From Dehalococcoidia bacterium (GTDB lineage: Bacteria; Chloroflexota; Dehalococcoidia; Lucifugimonadales; Australimonadaceae): DNA of 48,615 bases. Location: assembly GCA_021296055.1 (NCBI GenBank), contig JAGWBE010000005.1:1-48615 (forward strand). The letters run 5' to 3'. Of this stretch, positions 1 to 8,108 are shown in pieces. Each line of letters starts with the position of its first letter. The first letter of the stretch is position 1. The notes under the pieces were generated by a model that worked only from the letters and a program-made list of their open reading frames with translations, was not told the origin of the DNA and made no database searches. Made by a program: the position numbers and the translations under genes.

Positions 1-715
1 CGTTGTAGACGCGCCCCGCCGCGTCGGAGAGCGCCGCGCGCAGATTCGCCTGCGCAACGTCCGCCGCGTGCACGTAGTCGCGCGTCTGCTCGCCGTCTCC
101 CGTGATGGTCAGCGCCTGCCCCGTCTTGCGCAGGTGGGCGAACACCCCGACGACGGAGCTGTAGGCGTTGTGACGGTCATCGGGATTGTAGGAGCCGGGG
201 CCATACACGTTGAAATAGCGCAGCGACACGATGGGGATGCTGTTGCGCGCGCCCAGGATGAGCGCGTACTGCTCCGCCGCGTATTTCTGCAAGGCGTAGG
301 GATTCAACAGGTCGATGGGCGCGTCCTCCGGCGTAGGCAGCACTCGCGTATTCCCGTAGCACGACGCGGACGACGAAACGACTACCTTTTTGAGGCCCGC
401 GTCCTTGGCCGCCTCCAAGCAAGTCAGCGTCCCCAACACGTTCACCCACTCGTGCGCTATGGGGTCGTCGAAGGAAGGCTGGATGCGCGGTAGCGCCGCC
501 GTGTGGAACATATACTCCGCGCCCTCCAGCGCCTCGCGCGCCGCCTCCGCGTCCGTAACCGAACCCTGAAGGAATCGCGCGCCGTCCGGCACGCGCTCGC
601 GCCGCCCTGTCGAGAGGTCGTCGAGGACGGCGACCTCCCATCCCTCGTCGAGCAGCAGATTGACGATATGGGAGCCGATGAATCCGGCGCCGCCGGTGAC
701 CAACGCTCGCGTCAC
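1..715 (-). CDS. NAD-dependent epimerase/dehydratase (UDP-glucose 4-epimerase-like), first ~238 codons; 3' end runs off the left edge
   Basis: GTG at 715 (GGGAG 5 nt upstream) followed by VTRALVTGGAGFIGSHIVNLLL (GxxGxxG Rossmann), NPYALQKYAAEQY (YxxxK) and ITGDGEQTRDYVHAADVA. Frame stays open to base 2, so it is absent from the ORF track. Confidence 0.85.
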   Translation of the reverse strand, partial: MTRALVTGGAGFIGSHIVNLLLDEGWEVAVLDDLSTGRRERVPDGARFLQGSVTDAEAAREALEGAEYMFHTAALPRIQPSFDDPIAHEWVNVLGTLTCLEAAKDAGLKKVVVSSSASCYGNTRVLPTPEDAPIDLLNPYALQKYAAEQYALILGARNSIPIVSLRYFNVYGPGSYNPDDRHNAYSSVVGVFAHLRKTGQALTITGDGEQTRDYVHAADVAQANLRAALSDAAGRVYN

Positions 716-834
716 GCTCGCTCCCGCACCCTTCTCCGTCGTTCCCGCAAAGCCTGTCCCCGGGGAGGCGAGGAGCGGGAACCTCGCTTCGAGCCGCCCC
801 GCGCACGGCGATTCTACCACCGCCGCGCCGCAGC

Positions 835-2127
835 CTACGGTCCTTCCGCGCCCCCCATTCGCGCTTGCAGCGTCCGCAGCGGCTCCATCAGCAGCACCGG
901 CAGCAGCGCCGCCAGCGCCACGCCTTCCAATATCCAGATGGCGGCGGTGTAATCCCCCAGCGCGTCGAACATCGCCCCCATCAGGATCGGGCCGACCACC
1001 CCCGCTGCGATGCTCGTCCCCTGTAGCACGCCGATCACGCTGCCTAACGAGCGGTTGCCGAAAATCAACGCGCCCAACGCTCCGCGCATCGGGATTGTCG
1101 CCCCAAAGGCCACCCCGAACAAGAAGGTGAAGGGCAGCGATTCCAGCATCGAGTCGATGCCCGCAACTTGCAAGTAGAGGAACGCCAGCGCCATCGTCAG
1201 CGCCACCGCGGTCAGCACCAGCCGATAGCCCACTTTGTCCAGCAACCACCCCGTGCCTGTCCTGCCGACACCGCTCGCGAAGACGACGATGACCACCGTC
1301 ACCGCCGCCGCCGCCGCGCTAAAGCCCCGGTCGTTAACGAAGTAGGGGATCTGGTGCAGCTGAAAGCCGCTGTTCACGATGAACATCGCCCCCAGGTAGA
1401 ACGACAACAGCCAGAACGCCCGGCTCCGCAGCACTTGCCGCAGCGTCAGCCCCGTTTCGGCGCTACGCGCCGCCGCCCGCAACTGCGCCGGCGTCCCCCT
1501 CGACCCGCCGCCGACCGCGTGCGGCGCGTCGCCGTCCGGCAGCATCCCGTACGCCTCGGGTCTGTCCCGCGCCACGAGACCAAGCGCGGTGACCACGATC
1601 AGCACGACGACGCCGTAGCCGATGAGGATCGGGCGCCAGCCGAACGCCGCGATTAACGCCGTGTTCGCCACCACCATCGGCCCCGCGAAGAGCGGCCCGT
1701 TCACCGCCAGGCCAATGGCCAGCCCCCGCTTGCGCCGGAACCATCGCGCTATCAGCGTCGGCCAGGTAACCCCATGCCCCACCGCCGACGCGCCGAACGA
1801 GATAAGCAGGAAGAAGAAGAAGAAGGTGGCCAGGCTGTTCACCAGCCCCAGGCCAATCAGCCCGACGCCGCACACGACCGCGCCCGCCACGATGAGCTTG
1901 CGCGGACTGAACCTGTCCACGAGCAGCCCCACCGCAGGCCCCAGCACCCCCGTCTCCACCTGGCGCAGCGACGCCGCAGCGGAGATGGCAGAGCGTCCCC
2001 ACCCGAAGTGGCTCTCGATAGGCAGGATGAACGCGCTGAACCCCTGGAAATAGGCGGCGGAGAGGATGGCGTTGGCCGCCATGCTGGACGCGACGATGTA
2101 CCAGCCGTAGAAGAAGCGCGGGCGCAT
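835..2127 (-). CDS. MFS transporter (oxalate/formate-antiporter-like family)
   Basis: 430 aa, hydrophobic throughout with about 12 helix-like segments; N-terminus MRPRFFYGWYIVASSMAANAI. The 533-aa track ORF has a Gly/Arg-rich extension overlapping trpE, so the start was moved to ATG 2127, 14 nt after the trpE stop. Confidence 0.8.
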   Translation of the reverse strand: MRPRFFYGWYIVASSMAANAILSAAYFQGFSAFILPIESHFGWGRSAISAAASLRQVETGVLGPAVGLLVDRFSPRKLIVAGAVVCGVGLIGLGLVNSLATFFFFFLLISFGASAVGHGVTWPTLIARWFRRKRGLAIGLAVNGPLFAGPMVVANTALIAAFGWRPILIGYGVVVLIVVTALGLVARDRPEAYGMLPDGDAPHAVGGGSRGTPAQLRAAARSAETGLTLRQVLRSRAFWLLSFYLGAMFIVNSGFQLHQIPYFVNDRGFSAAAAAVTVVIVVFASGVGRTGTGWLLDKVGYRLVLTAVALTMALAFLYLQVAGIDSMLESLPFTFLFGVAFGATIPMRGALGALIFGNRSLGSVIGVLQGTSIAAGVVGPILMGAMFDALGDYTAAIWILEGVALAALLPVLLMEPLRTLQARMGGAEGP

Positions 2128-2141
2128 CCGCCCCGCCCCGC

Positions 2142-3584
2142 TCACTCCTCCTCCGCGTCCGCGATTGCGCGGAGCGCCGCGCGCGCCTTCACCAGCGCCT
2201 CCAACCGCTCCGCCTCCGGGTCGCTGTCGTACACCACGCCGCCGCCCGCCTGGACGTAGGCCACGCCGTCCTTGACGACCATCGTGCGAATGCCGATGGC
2301 CGTGTCCATATTGCCATCGAAGGAGAAATAGCCCACCGCGCCCGCGTACGGCCCGCGGCGCTCCCCTTCCAACTCCGCGATAATCTCCATCGCGCGTATC
2401 TTCGGCGCGCCCGACACCGTGCCCGCCGGGAAGCACGAGCGCAGCGCGTCGTAGGCCGTCATCCCGTCCGCCAACTCCCCCGTAACATGCGACACTAGGT
2501 GCATCACGTGCGAGTAGCGCTCCACGTCCATCATCTGCGTCGCCCGCACCGTGCCGGGCCTAGCGACGCGCCCCACGTCGTTGCGGCCCAGGTCGAGCAG
2601 CATCACGTGCTCCGCGCGCTCCTTCTCGTCCTGGCGCAGCTCCGCCTCCAATCGCGCGTCCGCCGCCTCGTCGGCGCCGCGCGGGCGCGTCCCGGCGATG
2701 GGGTGCGTGTCTATGCGCCCCTCCTCCACGCGCACCAGCATCTCCGGAGACGCCCCCACGATGGCGAATCCGTCGAGGTCGAGGTAATACATGTAGGGCG
2801 AGGGGTTCACCCTCCGCAGCGAGCGATACAGCTCGAAGGGCGCCGCCAGCGTAGGCCGCGCCAGCCGTTGCGACGGCACCACCTGAATTATGTCGCCCGC
2901 CTCGATGTAGGCGCGGGCGCGCTCCACCATCCCGTGATACTCCTCCGCCGACCTGTTGGAGGCCGCCTCCCTCCCTCCTCTCTCGGCGCTGAGCGCGGGC
3001 GGCGCAAGCGGCTGCGCCAACCGCTCCGCCAGCGCGTCCACGCGCGCGGCGGCGGCGCGGTAGGCGGCGTCCACGTCGCCGTCGATATGCGCGTGGCTCA
3101 CCACCTGAATCTTGTGGCGCACGTGGTCGAACACCAACAGCGTGTCCACGAACAGGAAGACCGCCTCCGGCACGCCTACCGGATCGGCGGCCGGATGAGG
3201 GACGCGCGGCTCGAAGTAGTGGGCGCACTCGAACGCGAGGTAGCCCACCGCGCCGCCGATGAACCGCGGCAGGCCGGGAACCGCCACCGGCGTGAAGCGC
3301 CCCAGCTCTGCCTGCACGTGCGACAGCGGGTCGCCCGCGCCGCCCGGTTGGCCGGGCCCGGTGCGGACGATCCGGTAGGGCTCGGCTCCCATAAAGGAAA
3401 AGCGGCCTAGGCGCTCGCCTCCCTCCACCGACTCGAGCAGAAAGGAGCAGCTGCCGCGCGCAATCTTCAAGTACGCCGACACCGGCGTCTCCAGGTCGGC
3501 GCGGAGCTCGCGGTAGACGGGCACGAGGTTGCCCTGGCGCGCGAGCGCCCTGAACTCCTCCAACGTTGGCGTATGCCGGGCCAT
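2142..3584 (-). CDS. trpE: anthranilate synthase component I
   Basis: LLESVEGGERLGRFSF feedback motif, HPIAGTRPRG, GAVGYFSFDGNMDTAIGIRT, AGGGVVYDSDPEAE. ATG 3584 has GAGG 9 nt upstream; the TTG at 3602 used by the track lies in the terminator U-tract. Confidence 0.9.
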   Translation of the reverse strand: MARHTPTLEEFRALARQGNLVPVYRELRADLETPVSAYLKIARGSCSFLLESVEGGERLGRFSFMGAEPYRIVRTGPGQPGGAGDPLSHVQAELGRFTPVAVPGLPRFIGGAVGYLAFECAHYFEPRVPHPAADPVGVPEAVFLFVDTLLVFDHVRHKIQVVSHAHIDGDVDAAYRAAAARVDALAERLAQPLAPPALSAERGGREAASNRSAEEYHGMVERARAYIEAGDIIQVVPSQRLARPTLAAPFELYRSLRRVNPSPYMYYLDLDGFAIVGASPEMLVRVEEGRIDTHPIAGTRPRGADEAADARLEAELRQDEKERAEHVMLLDLGRNDVGRVARPGTVRATQMMDVERYSHVMHLVSHVTGELADGMTAYDALRSCFPAGTVSGAPKIRAMEIIAELEGERRGPYAGAVGYFSFDGNMDTAIGIRTMVVKDGVAYVQAGGGVVYDSDPEAERLEALVKARAALRAIADAEEE

Positions 3585-3600
3585 TGCCGTTTGCCTCGTC

Positions 3601-3636
3601 AAACAAATAGCCCCGCCCTTCTAAAGGGACGGGGCT
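3601..3636 (-). terminator. intrinsic terminator hairpin (attenuator of trpE leader and/or terminator of the upstream nitroreductase operon)
   Basis: Minus-strand RNA AGCCCCGUCCCUU-UAG-AAGGGCGGGGCU (12 bp with one bulged U) followed by AUUUGUUUG. Confidence 0.7.
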
Positions 3637-3746
3637 TCCGTGGCGCCATCCTTCTTCGCCTGCTGGGCCGCAGCCCTCCGCGGCGCCGCTGCGCGGCCTC
3701 CGTTGCCTACGCCGCGAGTATCGGCGCGCGGGACGCGCCGTGTCAA
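3637..3746 (-). promoter_or_regulatory. candidate promoter plus T-box-like antiterminator element upstream of trpE
   Basis: TTGACA (3746-3741), 18 nt, GATACT (3722-3717). RNA segment AAGGAUGGCGCCACGG (3653-3638) resembles the T-box core AGGGUGGNACCGCG. It can pair ACGG/CCGU and GAAGG/CCUUU with the 5' arm of the terminator, leaving a UGGCGCC bulge. Stem I and the specifier were not identified. Confidence 0.4.
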
Positions 3747-3764
3747 CGCGCCCGGCGCGCGCCG

Positions 3765-4271
3765 TCAGGCGCGTGCGCCGCCGTAGCGCTCGTAGTGGAC
3801 GATCTCAGCGAGGGGCTTGCGGGGGCGGCCGACGCCCACCCTCGCCGGGTCAGGCGGATAGCCGAAGGCCACGGCGTGCAGCACTTGGAGTCCGTCGGGG
3901 AGGCCTAGCACAAAGCGCGTGCCCTCGGTGTCGTGGGTGGTCACGGGACAGGAGGCGATCCCCTCCGCCCACGCGGCCACCATCATGTTCTGGGCGGCGC
4001 GGCCCGCGTCGAACAGGGTGTGCTCCTTTGGCATGGCGATGGCCACCACCCAGGCGGCTTGGGGCACGTGGCGCATGAAGCCGCCGCATGCCGACAACGC
4101 CTCCTTCTGCTCCGCCGTCTCGATGGCGATGAAGCGGTACGGCTGGCGGTTGGTGGACGAGCCCGCCATCCGCCCCGCCTGGAGGATGCGCCGCTTCACG
4201 CCCTCGTCGAGCGGCCTGGCCAGGTAGGAGCGCGAATCGCGCTTCGTGCGGATGGCGGCGTACGCGTCCAC
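3765..4271 (-). CDS. nitroreductase family protein
   Basis: 168 aa. VDAYAAIRTKRDSRSYLARPLDEGVKRRILQAGRMAGSSTNRQPYRFIAI is a typical nitroreductase-fold N-terminus. GTG 4271 has GAGG 6 nt upstream and lies 8 nt after the preceding stop. The rest of the 275-aa track ORF overlaps the upstream gene. Confidence 0.8.
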   Translation of the reverse strand: MDAYAAIRTKRDSRSYLARPLDEGVKRRILQAGRMAGSSTNRQPYRFIAIETAEQKEALSACGGFMRHVPQAAWVVAIAMPKEHTLFDAGRAAQNMMVAAWAEGIASCPVTTHDTEGTRFVLGLPDGLQVLHAVAFGYPPDPARVGVGRPRKPLAEIVHYERYGGARA

Positions 4272-4279
4272 GCAGCGCC

Positions 4280-6034
4280 TCAGCTGGCTTGGGTCTTCTG
4301 GTGGGGGCCGACGTAGCCCACGACCACCTTCTCGAGGTTGGGGTCCCACGCGAAGGCGATGCGAATCATGTTCTGGGGATTGCCCCGGGTGCCCTCGCCG
4401 ATGTGGGCGTCGAGGAGGTAGGTCTTGCCGTTCACTGTCGTCTCGTACTCCTTGGTGAACATCCCTTTGGCCGTGTCGGACTGCTTGCCGCGGTACGTCC
4501 AGCCGTTGCACGCCTCCTTGAGGCGCAGGTCGTACTCCGGGTTCTTGCCAAGGGGCGTCGTCCGCAGGTAGTGGTACTCCGTGCCCAGCCACCGGAGCGC
4601 GTCGTACACCTCCTGCGGGTGCCTGTAGGCCTGATCGGGCCTCGAGGCGGAGTTGAGTTCGATGATGAGCGTATGGGGGAACATCTTCCGCGCCGCCTCG
4701 ATGGCGTCGGCCACGTTCTCAATGGAGAGCGGCTCGATCCCCTCCTCCTCCGCGCGCTGCAAACTGGCGAGGCGCCACGTCTCCACGAGCTGCCTGCTTT
4801 CGCGCAGTTCGCTCCTGAGCTGACTGTTGTCGTCGCTCTGCGTCTCCTTCTCCGTGAAGAGCTTGTCGTAGGCATGCTGCCGCTCCTCGACATGCCCTTG
4901 CAGGCGGCGGTTGTCTTCTTCAAGCTTGGCCTTCTCGACGGCGAGAGCGTCGCGCGCGGCGATGAGGTTGGCCTTCTCCGCTTCAAGGCGCTGGAGTTCG
5001 ACGGAGGGCTCGGCCTTCGGCGGCTGCTCGTCCGGGGCGTCGGCTTCGGCGGCGGCCTGTCCCGCCTTGGCCGCCAGCGCTTGCCACTCGGCGGCGAGGC
5101 GGGCGGCGTCATCGGCGCGGGTGATGCGCTGCTCGGCGCGATGGCGTTCCTCGCTCATCGTAGGAGCGGGGAGGCGCACCTCGGCGAAGGCGGCCAGCGC
5201 CGCGCGCAATTCTTCTAGGATTCGCTTGCCCTCCGGAGCGAGGTCGAGCTGGGCGGCGACCCCTCCGCTGTCCGGGAGGGGCGAGGCTTCGAGGAAGTCG
5301 AGCTCATCACCGAAGTCCTCGACTATCCGCTCCATCTCGCCGGAGATTGCCGCCTCCAAGGCATCGCTGCGCGAGCGCCCCTTCTCGGCGGCCAACTCGG
5401 AGGCCCTCGCGGCGAAGGCGGGAACGTCCGCCCACTCCGGCGCCTCCGTCGGCAGGCCTTCGAGGCGATCGAGCCATTCGGCGAGGAAGCCGGAGATGGC
5501 AGGGTGGTCAAAGGGGAAGCGCCCTGAGAGATAGCTAATCATCAACAGCGCGTGGTCGGCGCTGAATTCGGCGTCCGCGTGCTCCTCGACCAGGCTCTCC
5601 GCCTCCGCGCGGGCCTCGGCCACGGGCCTGAGCGCGTCGAATTGCTCCCGTTTGGGACCAAGAGCGGAGAGGCCGTCGCTTTCAAGGCGGCGGATGGCCG
5701 CCTGAGCGAGTTTGGGCTGCGATTCCCTCCAAAGTTCGAGGACGGCGCCGGCTAGCCGATGGTTCTGGTGCTTGACCATCTCCAGGGAGACCGCGTCCGT
5801 GAGCCTAGCAAGGGGAGCGAGCGCGGCTTTCCTGAAGCCGTCCAACACGATGCCGGAGTTGTCGATGGCCGCGTTGGCGGCGTCGCGGGCGCGCTGGCTG
5901 GCGCGGCTCCGGTGCCTTAGAGCTGCCTCGACCGCATCATGAGCCGAGTCGAACTCGACGCAGCCGAAGACGAACCCCATGCCGGGCATGGGGGAATCAC
6001 CGTGTCTGGCGACACTATCTTGATTCGTAGTCAT
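4280..6034 (-). CDS. hypothetical 584-aa protein: acidic helical N-region, central coiled coil, C-terminal globular domain of unknown family
   Basis: ATG 6034 with GAGGAGG 9 nt upstream. Heptad-like charged stretch ELQRLEAEKANLIAARDALAVEKAKLEEDNRRLQGHVEERQHAYDKLFTEKE. C-terminus ...YLLDAHIGEGTRGNPQNMIRIAFAWDPNLEKVVVGYVGPHQKT. Coding-like GC3 throughout. Confidence 0.75.
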   Translation of the reverse strand: MTTNQDSVARHGDSPMPGMGFVFGCVEFDSAHDAVEAALRHRSRASQRARDAANAAIDNSGIVLDGFRKAALAPLARLTDAVSLEMVKHQNHRLAGAVLELWRESQPKLAQAAIRRLESDGLSALGPKREQFDALRPVAEARAEAESLVEEHADAEFSADHALLMISYLSGRFPFDHPAISGFLAEWLDRLEGLPTEAPEWADVPAFAARASELAAEKGRSRSDALEAAISGEMERIVEDFGDELDFLEASPLPDSGGVAAQLDLAPEGKRILEELRAALAAFAEVRLPAPTMSEERHRAEQRITRADDAARLAAEWQALAAKAGQAAAEADAPDEQPPKAEPSVELQRLEAEKANLIAARDALAVEKAKLEEDNRRLQGHVEERQHAYDKLFTEKETQSDDNSQLRSELRESRQLVETWRLASLQRAEEEGIEPLSIENVADAIEAARKMFPHTLIIELNSASRPDQAYRHPQEVYDALRWLGTEYHYLRTTPLGKNPEYDLRLKEACNGWTYRGKQSDTAKGMFTKEYETTVNGKTYLLDAHIGEGTRGNPQNMIRIAFAWDPNLEKVVVGYVGPHQKTQAS

Positions 6035-6115
6035 CGGAGAAGCCTCCTCGTGAGTTTGGCGCGTTCACTCGCAGTATAGCGCATGCGGAGCGCGGTGGCG
6101 GATGGGCGGCGCGCG

Positions 6116-6964
6116 CTACGGGCGAACGGGCTGGGGCAGCGCTACGCCGCCGAGGCGGGAGCGGGCCATGCGCAGGTAGTTGGCCGTGGCGGCGCGTCCC
6201 ACGACCTCCGGGGAGAGGCTCTTGACCTCGGCGAGCTTGGCCGCGATCTGGGGAAGGTTCCATGGCTCTGTCCAGCGCTCGCGCTTCTTCTTGAAGGGCT
6301 GGGGATAGGAGTCGGTCTCGATGACGACGCGGTCAAGGGGAACCTGGGCGGCGACGACTTCCAGCTCCGGGGAGCGCAGCAACGTCTTGGCGAAGGACAG
6401 GTGGAAGCCCAGGTCGATGACGGCGTCGGCGAGGTTGAGGTCGCCGCCGAAGTAGTGCCACGCCCCGCCGACCTCATTTGCGCTCTCCTCGCGCAGCATG
6501 CGGAGCACCTCGGCGTCGGCGCTGCGGGAGTGGACGACCAGGGGCAGGGCGAACTCACGCGCGAGGCGTATCTGCAAGCGAAATGCGCTCTCTTGCAGGG
6601 CGGCGGGCGGCGATGTGGGCAGCGCATCGAGTCCCGTCTCGCTCCAGACGACGACGGCGGGGTGCTCGGCGATGCGGCGGAGTTCGGCCTCGACAGCGTC
6701 GTCCACGACGGGCGGGAGATCGGTAGGGTGGATGCCGGCACCGGCGCGGATGATGGGGTGCGATTCCGCTAGAACCTGTATGCGGCGGCTAGAGGAGATG
6801 GATACGCCCGCTGCTATGATGAGGCCGACGCCCGCAGCGCTGGCCCGTTCGAGCACTCCCTCGATTTCCGTGCTTGCGTACTGGTCTATGTGCGTGTGGC
6901 CGTCGACAAGGGGAACGGCGGACACGAGCATCCCGGCACCGATGGCCTGCTCCATAGCGGCCAT
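6116..6964 (-). CDS. TatD-family metal-dependent hydrolase
   Basis: VDGHTHIDQY (HxH), GAGIHP, VVHSRSA, IETDSYP. Start is uncertain (ATG 7012, 6964 or 6931); 6931 gives the typical short N-terminus MLVSAVPLVDGHTH. Confidence 0.8.
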   Translation of the reverse strand: MAAMEQAIGAGMLVSAVPLVDGHTHIDQYASTEIEGVLERASAAGVGLIIAAGVSISSSRRIQVLAESHPIIRAGAGIHPTDLPPVVDDAVEAELRRIAEHPAVVVWSETGLDALPTSPPAALQESAFRLQIRLAREFALPLVVHSRSADAEVLRMLREESANEVGGAWHYFGGDLNLADAVIDLGFHLSFAKTLLRSPELEVVAAQVPLDRVVIETDSYPQPFKKKRERWTEPWNLPQIAAKLAEVKSLSPEVVGRAATANYLRMARSRLGGVALPQPVRP

Positions 6965-6982
6965 TGTAGTGGATGCTCCCCG

Positions 6983-8104
6983 ATGGAGCGGCGCTTGATC
7001 ATCCAGGGCCATCTGGAAAGGTTCATTGCCAGCGGATTATTCCGTCGGCTCCAACTTGTCCTCAGCATCGTCGTGGGCGGCGGGCTGGTGTGGCTGGTCA
7101 CGCGCAGCCTGAACTGGTCAGAGGTCGCCGCCACCATTCGCGGGTTCCCCGACCGCATGGAATACGTCCTCCTAGCCATCGTTCCTCTGCTGGTGAGCGG
7201 GGTGCTGCGGGCGGCGCGTTGGCATCTGCTCATGCCCGGCGAGCGCGCCTCCTTCTGGCAGGTGTACGTCACGCAGAACACGGGCATCGGCATCAACAAC
7301 CTGCTGCCCGTCCGCATGATGAGCGAGCCGGTGCAGCTGATCCTCATCACGCGCCGCTACAAGACGCCCTTCTCGACGGCGCTGGCGTCGCTCGTGGCGG
7401 GCAACGTGATGGACATCTTCGCCACGGTGCTGCTGATGGGCCTGGGGTTGGTGTTCGTCAGCTCTCTGCGCGGAGCGAGCATCCAGTTGGCGGGATTCGT
7501 GATCTTAGCGGTGGTGACGATCGTCGTGCTCGTGGTGGCGGCCAGGGGCATCGGGAGCATCCCCGTCGCCCGCGACGCGCGGTTCTTCCAACAAATATCG
7601 ACAGCGGTGGGAGTGCTGCGGGAACATCCATTGCGGCTGGCGGCGTCCTTCGGGGCGACCACGTTGTCGTGGGGGCTGATGGGGATAGCGGGTTGGCTGC
7701 TGGCGCAAGGGGTGGGGTTCGACGCGAACGTGCTGACGATGGCGGTGGTGCTGGTGACGGCAGCCTTCTTCACCTCGGCTGCGCCGTCGTTGCCCGCGGG
7801 CGTGGGGGCGTATCACTGGGCGGTGGTCTACACGTTGGGACTGCTGGGCGTCGGCCAGGAGCAGGCGACAACCTTCGCCTTCATGATGCACCTGCTGGTC
7901 TTCGTTCCTCCCACCGCCATCGCGCTGTACATGCTTTCGCGCGTCGGGGCGGGGATGCTGTTGAAGCGAAACGGTCTGGTGGAGGCGGAGGCGGGGCGGA
8001 CGGCGAGCGTGAACGGCTCCGGCCACCCGCCCGCGCCGGTGGCGGTAGAGGCGCGGGCGCTGCCGGACGCCGGGCGGCGCTTAGCGGACGACCGCCGCGT
8101 CTAG
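6983..8104 (+). CDS. UPF0104 / lysylphosphatidylglycerol-synthase TM-region (flippase-like) membrane protein
   Basis: MERRLIIQG..., multiple TM segments, RAARWHLL and NLLPVR motifs typical of the family. Start moved to ATG 6983 because the earlier part of the track ORF overlaps TatD. Confidence 0.7.
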   Translation: MERRLIIQGHLERFIASGLFRRLQLVLSIVVGGGLVWLVTRSLNWSEVAATIRGFPDRMEYVLLAIVPLLVSGVLRAARWHLLMPGERASFWQVYVTQNTGIGINNLLPVRMMSEPVQLILITRRYKTPFSTALASLVAGNVMDIFATVLLMGLGLVFVSSLRGASIQLAGFVILAVVTIVVLVVAARGIGSIPVARDARFFQQISTAVGVLREHPLRLAASFGATTLSWGLMGIAGWLLAQGVGFDANVLTMAVVLVTAAFFTSAAPSLPAGVGAYHWAVVYTLGLLGVGQEQATTFAFMMHLLVFVPPTAIALYMLSRVGAGMLLKRNGLVEAEAGRTASVNGSGHPPAPVAVEARALPDAGRRLADDRRV

Positions 8105-8108
8105 CAGC

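Noticed and set aside
3585-3716. Classical Trp leader-peptide attenuation or TRAP-binding (G/U)AG repeats upstream of trpE
   Set aside because: The leader contains no UGG codons or small ORF with tandem Trp. The GAG/UAG/CAG triplets are irregularly spaced rather than in 11 evenly spaced repeats.
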